A stretch of DNA of 64,000 nucleotides from Malacoraja senta (lineage: Eukaryota), in NCBI GenBank assembly GCA_038087875.1, contig CM075988.1, forward strand, positions 10,666,001-10,730,000, given 5' to 3'. Positions within the stretch are counted from its first letter, which is position 1. Each line of letters starts with the position of its first letter. Below are positions 1 to 10,821 of the stretch, one piece after another. The notes beneath the pieces are model-generated. The model was given only the letters and a program-made list of their open reading frames with translations. It ran no database searches and was not told the DNA's origin. The position numbers and the translations under genes were made by a program.

Positions 1-50
1 TATCTTGAACGCTGGGGTCCAAGTAATACTGTATATAATATTGAGTGTCA

Positions 51-1114
51 CTTTTCACAATGGCAGGCAGTGACTAGTGGGGTACCGCAAGGCTCAGTGC
101 TGGGACCCCAGCTATTTACAATTTATATTAATGAACTGGATGAGGGAATTGAAGGCAACATCTCCAAGTTTGCGGATGACACTAAGCTGGGGGGCGGTGT
201 TAGCTGTGAGGAGGATGCTAGGAGACTGCAAGGTGACTTGGATAGGCTGGGTGAGTGGGCAAATGTTTGGCAGATGCAGTATAATGTGGATAAATGTGAG
301 GTTATCCACTTTGGTGGCAAAAACAGGAAAGCAGACTATTATCTAAATGGTGGCCGATTAGGAAATGGGGAGATGCAGCGAGACCTGGGTGTCATGGTAC
401 ACCGGTCATTGAAAGTATGCATGCAGGTGCAGCAGGCAGTGAAGAAAGCGAATGGTATGTTAGCTTTCATAGCAAAAGGATTTGAGTATAGGAGCAGGGA
501 GGTTCTACTGCAGTTGTACAGGGTCTTGGTGAGACCACACCTGGAGTATTGCGTACAGTTTTGGTCTCCAAATCTGAGGAAGGACATTATAGCCATAGAG
601 GGAGTGCAGAGAAGGTTCACCAGACTGATTCCTGGGATGTCAGGACTTTCATATGAAGAAAGACTGGATAGACTTGGCTTATACTCGCTAGAATTTAGGA
701 GATTGAGAGGGGATCTTATAGAAACGTACAAAATTCTTATGGGGTTGGACAGGCTAGATGCAGGAAGATTGTTCCCGATGTTGGGGAAGTCCAGGACAAG
801 GGGTCACAGCTTAAGGATAAGGGGGAAATCCTTTAAGACCGAGATGAGGAAAAACTTTTTCACACAGAGAGTGGTGAATCTCTGGAACTCTCTGCCACAG
901 AGGGTAGTTGAGGCCAGTTCATTGGCTATATGTAAGAGGGAGTTAGATGTGGCCCTTGTGGCTAAAGGGATCAGGGGGTATGGAGAGAAGGCAGGTACGG
1001 GATACTGAGTTGGATGATCAGCCATGATCATAGTGAATGGCGGTGCAGGCTCGAAGGGCCGAATGGCCTACTCCTGCACCTATTTTCTATGTATCTATGT
1101 AATCTATGTATGTA
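51..1114 (+). mobile_element. CR1-clade LINE (HER1-like), 5'-truncated young copy: RT C-terminal part, 3' UTR and (TCTATGTA)n-like tail
   Basis: ORF 70-1008 has GVPQGSVLGP, FADD and [14 protein letters not shown] motifs. Near-identical to the 61131-62190 copy. Homology starts at about 51 (cttttcacaatggcagg). Confidence 0.95.
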
Positions 1115-1689
1115 CCTTACATTCATGAGTAAATGTTTGGAAGTTCTGTGCAGATATTTTAAAATCTCAAAGGTAAAAGGGACAATTTTAAACAAATAAG
1201 CTATTATGATTTATGATTTATACAGTCAAAAACAAAGCCAATAAGCATAGGATTAATGTATGTTCTTTTAAATGCAAAAGGGAAATGAAAGAGTTTATAC
1301 ATGCTCTACTTCACAGCTCATTCGTCTTCTAAATAGATATTTCAGTTTAATAAATATGAACATTTCCACACAGAAATTGGGACTATATTTCTGCAGTTTA
1401 AACTATTTTTTGAAAGAAAAAAGAATGCAATAAATTGTCAGTAATGCTTCGAAAAAAAATAATAATAATACATTGACTGTAATGTTTCAAAACAACAGCA
1501 AGTTTTAATCGGGAAAAGGTTTCTAGGCATTAAGATGGATCACCACAGATTGTTCACGGAGGTTGCAGGTAAGCCTCAACAAAAAACGCATGGATTTTAA
1601 TGATGCTATTCACAAACCTGGCATTTTTCAAGATGCCTGACAGCCAAAGCAGTATTTCTGACATTAAAGATTGCAAATGCAGGATACCT

Positions 1690-2003
1690 TGCAGCTAATG
1701 TATGCAGAGCTGGATTTCACAAACAGCAATATGATAATGACCAAATAATGTGTTTTCTTTTAGTGCTGTCGGTTGAAAGAAACATATTGCCCAAGGCACT
1801 GGGAAGAACTCCCTATTGATTCTTCAAAATTGGGAAATGGGTTTAGCTACATTTACGTAAGAGGCAGTAAAGGGGGCTTAAGTTTATCATCTCACCTGAA
1901 AACCACCTCCTCCAACAGTGCAGCGCTCCCTCAACACTCCTCGAACCTCCAGACTGAGCCTCAGATGGACAACCTTCCAAAGGTAAGAGTATCCCAATGA
2001 GCC
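1690..2003 (-). mobile_element. Ancient Deu-domain SINE (SacSINE1/AmnSINE1-like), degraded
   Basis: Degenerate match to the remembered DeuSINE core in reverse (ggttgaaagaaacatattgcccaagg...gtttatcatctcacctgaa...caacagtgcagcgctccctcaacact...tgagcca). Confidence 0.6.
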
Positions 2004-2015
2004 ATAATAGATGAC

Positions 2016-2230
2016 CAGTCTGAGGAAACGTCCCAACCAGAATCAGTCTGAAGAAGGGTCCCGGCCAAAATGAATCTGAAGAAGGGACCCGACCAGAATT
2101 TTTATGAAGAAGGGTTACCGACCCAAAGTGTCACCTATCCCTGTTCTCCAGAGATGCTGCCTGACTCATTGAGTTACTGCAGCAATTTGTGTGTGTGTTT
2201 TGTAAGCCAGCATGTGTTCCTTTTTTCTGC
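2016..2230 (+). mobile_element. Penelope-like element terminal repeat with four tandem 28-nt degenerate hammerhead-core units
   Basis: Units start at 2016, 2044, 2072 and 2100 (ctgaagaaggg...), followed by gtcacctatccctgttctccagagatgctgcctgac. Confidence 0.75.
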
Positions 2231-3207
2231 AGATGACCTTAATTTATGGCTCTCATGGATTTGAGAAACGGTAACATTCAAAGCACTGCTAATTAATTTC
2301 ACAAAAGAACATATTAATGAAGCCAAGAATGATAAGGTGAATATCCGCCGGAGCCCCTCATTGTGAAGGACTGGGACATTCTCAGAGTTGTTCCTACTTC
2401 AACATGCAACTTCAAGTTTTATGAACAATTGGCAGTCTCAATGAAAAGCAGATCACTGCCGAAAATATGCCTCAGCATTACAGAATTCTAAACATGATAT
2501 TTAACGTTACATTCCATGTCCATTTGTCAACGGTGTTGGGCAAAAGTCTGCCCTATTATGTGAACAGTTGATGTTTAAAACAAGGTGACAGATGCACATG
2601 TTAAGTACATTTATTCATTTGGCAAACATGGAATTCATTACTGGGGTATGATCAGACTGTACTCCAGATATATGAAATGCAGGGCACAAATGTTCTTCTT
2701 TTGTTTCCACGTGTTGAATAACAAAATCTCACTACATGTTATCAGTGAGGTGTTCTCACAGCATACAAACATATTTTTGTTTTAATTTCAACTCCTGTAT
2801 ATATAAAATGGAACAGGATAAAGTAGCAGAAGAAAAATGTTATTCCACTTTTTGATAACAGGTACAATTGCATTGCTTTTGGACATTTGTGTGAAACTAA
2901 AATGGATTTAAGTGGATCGACACAAAATGCTGGAGCAACAAAGCAGGCAGGCAGCATCTCTGGATAGAAGGAATGGGTGATGTTTTGGGTCGAGACCCCT
3001 CTTCAGAACGAGCTTCAGGGGAGAGGGAGTTACAGAGAAGGAAGTGTAAGAGATCAAAAGACATGCCGATCATGGAAAATGTAGAATAGACCATTGTTAG
3101 CTAGGAGAAGGTGACAACAAAGCAAACAGAGATAAAATGTAATCAGGAGGACAGTCAGACTGGTCAGAGAACTGGGAAGGGGAGAGATGGAGAGAGAGGG
3201 AAACTAA

Positions 3208-3892
3208 AGCCACTGTCCCACTTACGTGTCCTTGGCACGCTAATTATGCAACCTCGTGGTTGCGTTGAGGCGCGACGGGCCCGCGAAGGTCGCACGCGAC
3301 TTCATGCGTCCGCACAGCCGCCTGGAGCGCGTGACGTCATTGGAAGATAGACACAAAATGCAGGAGTAACTCAGTGGGACCGGCAGCATCTCTGGAGAGA
3401 AGGAATGGATGATGTTTCGGGTCGAGACCCTTCTTCAGTCTGAAAGAAGGGTCTTGACCCGAAACGTCATCCATTCCTTCTCTCCAGAGATGCTGCCGGT
3501 CCCGCTGAGTTACTCCTGCATTTTGTGTCTCTCTTCAATTTTCTTGGCCCCGCTCTGGGAGTAGGAGTGGGGGCGGAGCCGGACCACAACTGCCGTGAGC
3601 CCCAGGCCGAGTTCGGCGATCGCTTTCCTGCTTCTGCTGCTGTTGGAGGTGAGACGTTGCGTCGCGCCAGGGTCTTGGGCCTGTCCCACTTTGGCCGTCA
3701 GTTACGCGACAGGCCGGTGGCGAGCGAAGATTTCGTTCAGTACAAAATTTCGGAGCGCCGCACGATACCGCGCACAATTCCATACCCCTCTGCGCTTCTC
3801 AGTGGGACCGGCCACACGATGCCCGAGCGCCTCAACGCGATGACAAGGTCGCGTAATTTGCGTGCCAAGGACATGTAAGTGGGACAGGGCCT
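3208..3892. mobile_element. PIF/Harbinger-type MITE with long (~60 bp) imperfect TIRs and TAA TSD
   Basis: Left end agccactgtcccacttacgtgtccttggcacgc; right end gcgtgccaaggacatgtaagtgggacagggcct. TAA at 3205-3207 and 3893-3895. Confidence 0.85.
3343..3536. repeat. Near-perfect ~190-nt fold-back of two inverted Penelope-derived terminal repeats
   Basis: gaagatagacacaaaatgcaggag...cccttctt pairs with aagaaggg...ctcctgcattttgtgtctctcttc around a short loop at about 3436-3443. Confidence 0.9.
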
Positions 3893-4279
3893 TAAGGGTT
3901 AGAGAAGTCAATATTCATACTGCTGGGGTGTAAGCTATTTGTCCAAGCAAAATAAGTGGATTCTCTTCGCGCTACCTGTCGTACCTAGTGTTTGACTGGA
4001 TTGATATTCATGAAGAGTATTATCTGATTTGATTGAATAGTATGCAAACAAAAACGTTTGCATTGTATCTTGATACACGTGAGAATAATAAAACTAAAGA
4101 GGCAATAATCCTCTATGACTGAACTATATAATCTATACTCTTTTAAAGTCCAGTTATCTTGCACTGCTTATACACTCAGTTCTATTCTTATTTTACTTTT
4201 GGGTGAACAAAGCAGCCATTTAACTGCTGAACTTGTTTACTCTGATGTAGTTGAGTAGTTCAATTGCCAACACATAGGT

Positions 4280-4625
4280 TTTTTTTAGGCAGTCCTTTAA
4301 TGTTGAGGATGACTTCCATTCTGATTTTGTCAATTTTGAGGTTAATAAGGCCAATGTGATGAACCACTGACTTCCACAGAAGGGCAGAGGATGGATGATG
4401 AGATGGGGGGCAGTTGTGTGAGATGCTACACTTCTTATGCTGCTTTCCCAGGGCTTCTGTGCGCTCATGATATATGGACTTGAAGCTCTCAATATCTCCT
4501 TGAATGCTTCTTCTCTGCTTCGATCACTCAAGCGCCACAGATTTCCAGAGTTAACGTGGGTTTGAGCACATCCTTGAATATTTTCCTCTCTTTGCCTGGT
4601 AATATTTCATATAACACAGCTCGAG
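4280..4625 (-). mobile_element. Old RTE-clade LINE 3' remnant (related copy at about 9715-10090)
   Basis: Reverse of tttgagcacatccttgaatattttcctct reads RKIFKDVLK, resembling the RTE C-terminal RKRFKDxLK motif. The two copies resemble each other. Confidence 0.5.
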
Positions 4626-4799
4626 AGCATCAATGTGCAAATTTACACAACATTTCAAATGTTTAACGATCATTTCAACATGCATTTTTCAAAAGAGATA
4701 AGCCATATAAGTGAAGAGATAGGCTATGGCATGGCTGTTATGTTATTGGACAAATAATCATGATGTACCTCAGTCCATCATTGACTCTATCAGCACTTT

Positions 4800-5045
4800 G
4801 TGATGTCTCGGAAAAGCAGTCAAAATAATCAAAGACTTGTCCCATCCTGCTCATTTCTTCTTGTTCCTGCTCCTGTCAGGCAGAAGATACAGAATTTTGA
4901 AAGTGCCAGAATCAGGAACAGCTTCTTTCCCTCTGTTATTAAGCTTCTGAACAGTCCTTCCATTAGCTAAAGTATTGTCCGATTCACTTCTGGCCTATGG
5001 CGGACATTGGCCTTTGTCTCCGGAAGTGGTGCGCTACAATGCTGC
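4800..5045 (+). mobile_element. Rex1/Babar-like LINE 3' remnant (related remnant at about 47960-48250)
   Basis: ataatcaaagacttgtcccatcctg...tcaggcagaagatacaga...aggaacagcttctttccc corresponds to the IIKDxSHP...SGRRYR...RNSFFP motifs. Confidence 0.6.
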
Positions 5046-5049
5046 GAAC

Positions 5050-5192
5050 TTTGGAGTGTGGGAGGAACCTGGAGAAAATCCACGTGGTCACAGGGAGAAC
5101 GTACAAACTCTGTACAGACAGCACCCATAGTCAGGATTGAACCTGGGTCTCTGGTGCTGTAAGGCACCAACTCTACCACTGCACCACCGTGC
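5050..5192 (-). mobile_element. HE1-type V-SINE, 5' part
   Basis: tRNA-like A/B box head (reverse of gaacctgggtctctggtgctgtaaggc...ctctaccactgcaccaccgtgc) plus V-domain. Confidence 0.8.
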
Positions 5193-5994
5193 TTCTTAGC
5201 TGAAGTAATATCTGGGAATGAAACAATTGAGATATGTACACATTTTGCAAATATTGAAGGCAAATTTAATGCAATGCTTGGTTGAGAGAACTATGACAAA
5301 GCAATGGCCTTAATTGTATGACTATATATTTTATGAATAAAGATATGTTTTGTAAACAAAATGAAAATAACAGTGGAACTTACTGTGAAAGGATATATAG
5401 CATTCCTAACACATCATCCTCTCCATATTGTTATGCACATGGTTTAATCACCATCTAAATTTGGAACTCCCTGCTAATAGATGAAATAAAAAAACATAGT
5501 AAATTAGTTGTTTAAATGTATACATCCATTAAATTCTAGCAGTGCCTCTTCAAGCAGGAGAAAATAATAACTATTTGCCGTTTTTATGAGCTCAACAAAA
5601 CATAAATTGTGTTGTATTCACCTCTTTCATTATAGAATTCCTATTTCTGAATCAATTCGGAGAGCATCAGCTGCATTTGTATAAAATCCTGCTTTATATT
5701 CCACCTCCTTTATTTAAATTAATGTAACACCGAGTGCGGGAATAATTAAATAGGTTTGCTGCGTTGGTTTGCTATTTTTGGACATATAGCAGACAACGAG
5801 CTTGGGCAGGCCGACTTGTGAAAAATAAAATGCTTGAATCATTATCTCAAAACTTGCAATGCCAAATATTACTCACTCATCAATATTTATTGGGATTTGA
5901 ATAGCTGATACCATTAGCTTTAACCTTTGTCCAAATCTACTCTGTAAGCAAAGAGATGATATCCTAATAACATAGCTGCTAGTAAATGAACATA

Positions 5995-6376
5995 GTGTAA
6001 CCAACCTGACCTCCCGGTTGCTCAGCACTTCAACTCCCCCTCCCATTCGAAATCTGACCTCTCTGTTCTGGGCCTCCATGGCCAGAGTGAGCACCACCAG
6101 AAATTGGAGGAGCAGCACCTTATATTCCGCTTGGGCGGTCTGCAACCTAGCGGCATGAACATTGAATTCTCCAATTTCCGGTAGCCCTTGCTGTCTCCTC
6201 CCCTTCTCAGCTCTCCCTCAGCCCTCGGTCTCCTCCACTTCCTTTTTCCTTTCTTCCCCCCCCCCCCCCCACCTTCCATCAGTCTGAAGAAGGGTTTCGG
6301 CCCGAAACGTTGCCTATTTCCTTCGCTCCTTAGATGCTGCTGCACCCGCTGAATTTCTCCAGCACTTTTGTCTACC
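5995..6376 (+). mobile_element. Penelope-like retroelement 3' end: GIY-YIG endonuclease C-terminus plus terminal repeat with hammerhead core and ~14-bp TSD
   Basis: 5999-6184 translates as NQPDLPVAQHFNSPSHSKSDLSVLGLHGQSEHHQKLEEQHLIFRLGGLQPSGMNIEFSNFR*. Flanks are agtaaatgaacata (5981-5994) and agtaaataaacata (6377-6390). Confidence 0.85.
6281..6315 (+). ncRNA. Minimal type I hammerhead ribozyme-like motif (PLE type)
   Basis: CTGAAGA core, extra A, stem II GGGT-TTCG-GCCC, then GAA-ACGT-T. Stem I is very short. An identical core lies on the minus strand at 11608-11635. Confidence 0.6.
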
Positions 6377-7182
6377 AGTAAATAAACATACATGCTTTCA
6401 CAAATCTGAAAGTAGGCCTTTAATGAGAGACATTCACATTCATACATTGCATTGCATCTAGACAACAAGCTTGTTATTAATTGTCCAGTTGCCAAAGTGC
6501 AACTTCCACATTTTCGTAGAGTAATGTTCAGTCAGTGAAAAGTTAAGTCATCTGTAGGAATGTAATGACATAATAATGCAAACCAAATAGCTTTACAATT
6601 GGAGATGAATGAGTCGACCTTTACTAATGAGAGTAACTTATTTTGCACTGATAGTAAATGAAGAAAGGAGTTAAACACACCGACTGAGATGTTGGCCATA
6701 TTATAGGCAGCAGCAGATCTGTCCAAAATTACTCATCAAGACAATAATGTGATAACGAGCTGTGAAAGAAAGTTAACATGAATCAGCTTCAAATTGAGGC
6801 AGTAAAATATGAAAATTGAAGATTCGAATGGAGAATAAAGCAACATTTTTGGATGATGGCAGTCATTCTTTCCACTTGACCTTGCAGATAGGTGCAAACA
6901 CTTGGATCACCCTACAAATTCTGTGCCTTTCAACAAATCAGTCGAATTGACCTTCTCCCTCAAAAATATTCATCATATTTTAACGTGAGCTTTGGCTCCG
7001 TATTGATTTTAGTGTTATACATCAAAGGCATCATAGTTTTACTTTACATTTTAAGGATCAATTATGTCACACTTCAGTTCAATTTGTTCTCACATTCTTA
7101 TAGGTTGAGCAAGGCCCACAGTTCACTATTTATTAAGCAAGCAAGTGACCTGGACAGAGGGTGTAAACTTTTGAGGGAAGGG

Positions 7183-7458
7183 TTTAGTTTAGAGATACAG
7201 TGTGGAAACAGGTCCTTTGGCCCACTAAGTTCACGCTGACCAGTGATTTCTGTACTCTAGTTTTATCCTACATACTGGGGACAATTTACAGAAGCCAATT
7301 AACCTACGAACCTGCGCGTCTTTGGAGTGTTGGAGGAAACCCATGCAGTTTGCAGGGAAAATGTACAAAATCTGTACAGACAGCACCCATGATCAGGATC
7401 GAACCTGTGTCACTGACACAGTACAGCAGCAACTCTACTGCTGCGCCACTGTACCACC
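7183..7458 (-). mobile_element. HE1-type V-SINE
   Basis: Tail gtttagtttagagatacag, V-domain and tRNA-like head. Confidence 0.85.
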
Positions 7459-8586
7459 CCAATGAATAAAGTGTTCTTTGAAGACTTTACATAATCAATT
7501 TTTGACTGCAATGTAACTGAAAAGAAAAGGAGACTGCAGACAGCCATTGATTTACAGAAAGCAATTGATTGGGTAAAGCTTCATCTTTTATTCTAAACTC
7601 CAGAAAATTGAATTTTTTCCCATTAACTGCTGCAGCTGTATCTGACAAGAAGATAGACACAATATGCTGGAGTAACTCAGTGGGACAGGCTGCATCTCTG
7701 GTGAGAAGGAATGGGTGACATTTCAGGTCAAAACACTTCTTCAGACTGCTGGTTGTCCAGCTGAGTTACTCCAGCATTTTGTGTCTATCTTCGATTTAAA
7801 CCAGCATCTGCAGTTCCTTCCTGCACATTGAGTCAGACAAGAAATGAATTAACGCTGAAAAGGCACAAATTCAATCGAGATTTCATCCAAAATCGAAGTG
7901 ACAGGTGATTGGATCAATCTTGCCTCAGAAGATGTAATTTTTTTTTTAAAGCACTACTTCATTTTTTATATTTAGTGATTTATTTAGCAGTCAAGTACTG
8001 CAAAGGTTAGAATTTCAATTCCACTATGGTAAATGCATAATTTAAATTTGGTTAATAATGTAGAATTTTAAGAATATCTCGACTTGGTAATGATGATTAT
8101 GAAGCCGTTGGCATGTTGTGAAAATCCATCTATCCGATTTACTAATGTCATTTAATGGTGGGGGTAGTGTGTGTGGGTGGGAGGGCAGGGAGAGAATCTC
8201 CCTCCTTTACTTGTTCTGGCCTTTAGTTGACTGCAAAAACACACAAAGAGATTGACTCTGAAAAGCCCAAGGGTAATTAGGATTAGGAATTAAACACTGA
8301 GCTTATTAGACCCTGAAAAATGAACAAAATAAAAACAAATTTCCAGTTTAAACATTACATTAAACATATTAGCCCTTTGAGTTTTAAAAGCAGCAGTAAA
8401 AAATAATATTGGAGAAACCAGGTGGAATCACAGGAACTTCTGGAAGATTCCAGTATCATCCAGTCTCAAAGAAAAGTGTGCATTCAAAAGCATTATTTGA
8501 TTGAGATACTGTAAAAGAAACTTGTAAGAGTTCCCCTCAATGGAAATGGGGACATTCTTGTTGTTTACTGAAGGTAGACAGGAAGA

Positions 8587-9077
8587 GCACATGTTAAGAA
8601 TAAGGGGTAAGGCATTTAGAACAGAGATGAGGAAACACTTTTTCACACAGAGAGTTGTGAGTCTGTGGAATTCTCTGCCTCAGATTGTGGTAGAGGCCGG
8701 TTCTCTGGATACTTTCAAGAGAGAGCTGGTTAAGAATAAGGGGTAAGGCGTGGACATTTTTCATCATGCTAGAAAAACGCCCCGACCTACTTGATGTCAC
8801 GAGTACCTACGACTAGCATCACGGTCTGCTACGACCTACCTATGACCTCCTACGAACTCGTGACGACCATGCTGCGAGTATCAGTCAAGGGCAAACTCGG
8901 CAGAGGTCGTGAATTAGGTCGTGAAAGCGGGACAGGCCCTTAAAGATAGCGGAGTCAGGGGATATGGGGAGAAGGCAGGAATGGGGTACTGATTGTGGAT
9001 GATCAGCCATGATCACATTGAATGGCAGTGCTCGCTCGAAGGGCTGAATGGCCTACTCCTGCACCTATTGTCTATTG
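8587..9077 (+). mobile_element. CR1 3' fragment interrupted by a truncated MITE
   Basis: LRIRGKAFRTEMRKHFFTQRVVSLWNSLP, 3' UTR and ctattgtctattg tail. Confidence 0.85.
8749..8940. mobile_element. Harbinger-type MITE missing its left end (same family as 49975-50212)
   Basis: cgtggacattttt...gtgaaagcgggacaggccct aligns to about 50020-50212. Confidence 0.85.
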
Positions 9078-9420
9078 AGTGGAATATTGCCACAATGTTT
9101 ACTCTTCAGATTGAAGAAAGGCAGGATATAGATTCAGAGCTCATTAAAAATATTCTCTTTTACAGCGGAATGAGGAGATATTTTGGGTCAACTGCAACAA
9201 TGGAGAGGTCGTGCCCAGCTCACATACATGAAGAAGATAAGCATGAAGTCTGAAATGAATAAATATAAAGGCCTACATTTTTGAAGTAACCACTATTACT
9301 ACTTTCATAAATATTGCCAGGGTAGGTAATATACATTTTTGAACCTTTCAATTCTTCCTGTATGTGAATTAGTTAATTTGATTTTTACAAGGTAATGCCA
9401 TGAAGAAATTGATACAACTA

Positions 9421-9655
9421 AAGATAGACACAAAAAGTATGAATAACTCAGCGGATCAGACAGCATCTCTGGAAAAAAGGAATAGGTGATGTTTGAGGTC
9501 GAGACCTTTCTTCAGACACTTCTTCTGAAGAAGGGTCTCGACCCAAAATGTCACCTATTCCTTTTCTCCAGAGATGCTGTCTGACCCGCAGAATTACTTC
9601 AGATTTTTGTGTCCATCTTCGGTTTAAACCAGCATCTGCAGTTCTTTCCTACACA
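9421..9655. repeat. Penelope-derived fold-back repeat. Similar copies or half-copies at about 7650-7825, 11545-11660, 12775-12940, 13485-13615, 14435-14550, 16520-16605, 22738-22885, 34030-34215, 44505-44630, 48255-48435, 55260-55475, 55910-56085 and 56810-56985
   Basis: agacacaaaa...actcagcgg...cagcatctctgga arm followed by its reverse complement, with ctgaagaagggtctcgaccc at the centre. Confidence 0.8.
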
Positions 9656-10821
9656 TTGATACAACTGAGAATGGGTCCATTGATGGTTGATTTATGGGAA
9701 GTTCCCATCAATTTCTTCTTCCTCGCCAGTCACGTGGGACTGAGGATGATTATTTTTGTTGTTTCTGAGGTAGTTAATGATACCAATGTGGGAACTGCTG
9801 TTTAGGGAGATGTGGATGACGGACAGAGCAGTGAGAGGTTTGTGTGAATATGCACTCCTTCCACCACTTACACAGGGCTTCTGCTTGGCTAGATTCTCAA
9901 TGTCATCCCAAATATACTACTTTGAGTGATCTTGGCCACAGATACTCAAGAATCAATGGGGGTGCTTAATTTCTTCAATGAGGTTTTGAGCAGATTCTTG
10001 AAAATTTTACTGTCTGGTGTTTTTTCCTGTGACAAAGATCAGACTATTATCTGTTTCAGAGGTCTGTTGTCAGACATGCAAATGACTCCTTAGTCAACAA
10101 ATAATTGCTGACCTGGGCACAGTCAGCAATGTGACATAACATTGTACTTCTAATTGCTGTATTTTGGAAATCTACATTTTTTTCCCCAAGTTTCCTTTCA
10201 AATCAATTTGCATTTCACTCTTTTATGTTCTAGCAGATCTTCCAGAATTTCAGAATGCCACTTCTTTATTAACCCTAAATCTAAGTCTAATTTTCTTTTC
10301 TTAATTTTGCATTTTTTTAAAGTTCTTAATATATTTGAGATAATGCAGAAATATAGCAGAAAATTAGTTGACCATTAAAATAAACATGATTCCTTTATAT
10401 GGCACAAACCTGTAAGTAATCTGATTTTACATTGAAAGTAAAAAAAATCTGAAAACAACTTGTAATGAAAGTTCACAGAAACATTTAAGAGTTATTGTTA
10501 TTGGTCTATTACTTTCACATGTAATTTGAAAAGTTTTTTGTTTGTGTTCTACCCAATCAAATCAGATAATGCTGTATATCAATACAATCAGCCATGCAAA
10601 ATACAACAGGTAGAGCCAAGTAATCAATACCAGAATGAAGAATATAATTTTCCAGCAGTTCCAGAGATAAACTTCAATGCACACAATGAGGTAGGTTGGA
10701 AAATCAGAACAGTACCCAAGCTCTTGCATCTCCTGCCTAACAGGAGAAGGAAGAAGAGGGAATGACTGAGGTTGAACTAGTCCTTGACAATGAATGAGAT
10801 TGAGGCAGACCAGTCTCTTAA

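Larger units (their letters stand above)
2905..3955 (-). mobile_element. Penelope-like element 3' fragment interrupted by a MITE
   Basis: Terminal repeat at 2915-3006 and a purine-rich spacer. After the MITE, agagaagtcaatattcatac...gggtgtaagct is the reverse of the GIY-YIG C-terminal region also seen at about 6140-6180. Confidence 0.75.

Noticed and set aside
339..1031. Recurrent antisense ORFs (MYVSIRSP..., MIMADHPTQYP...) seen several times in the window
   Set aside because: They are antisense shadows of repeated CR1 ORF2 copies, not a gene family.
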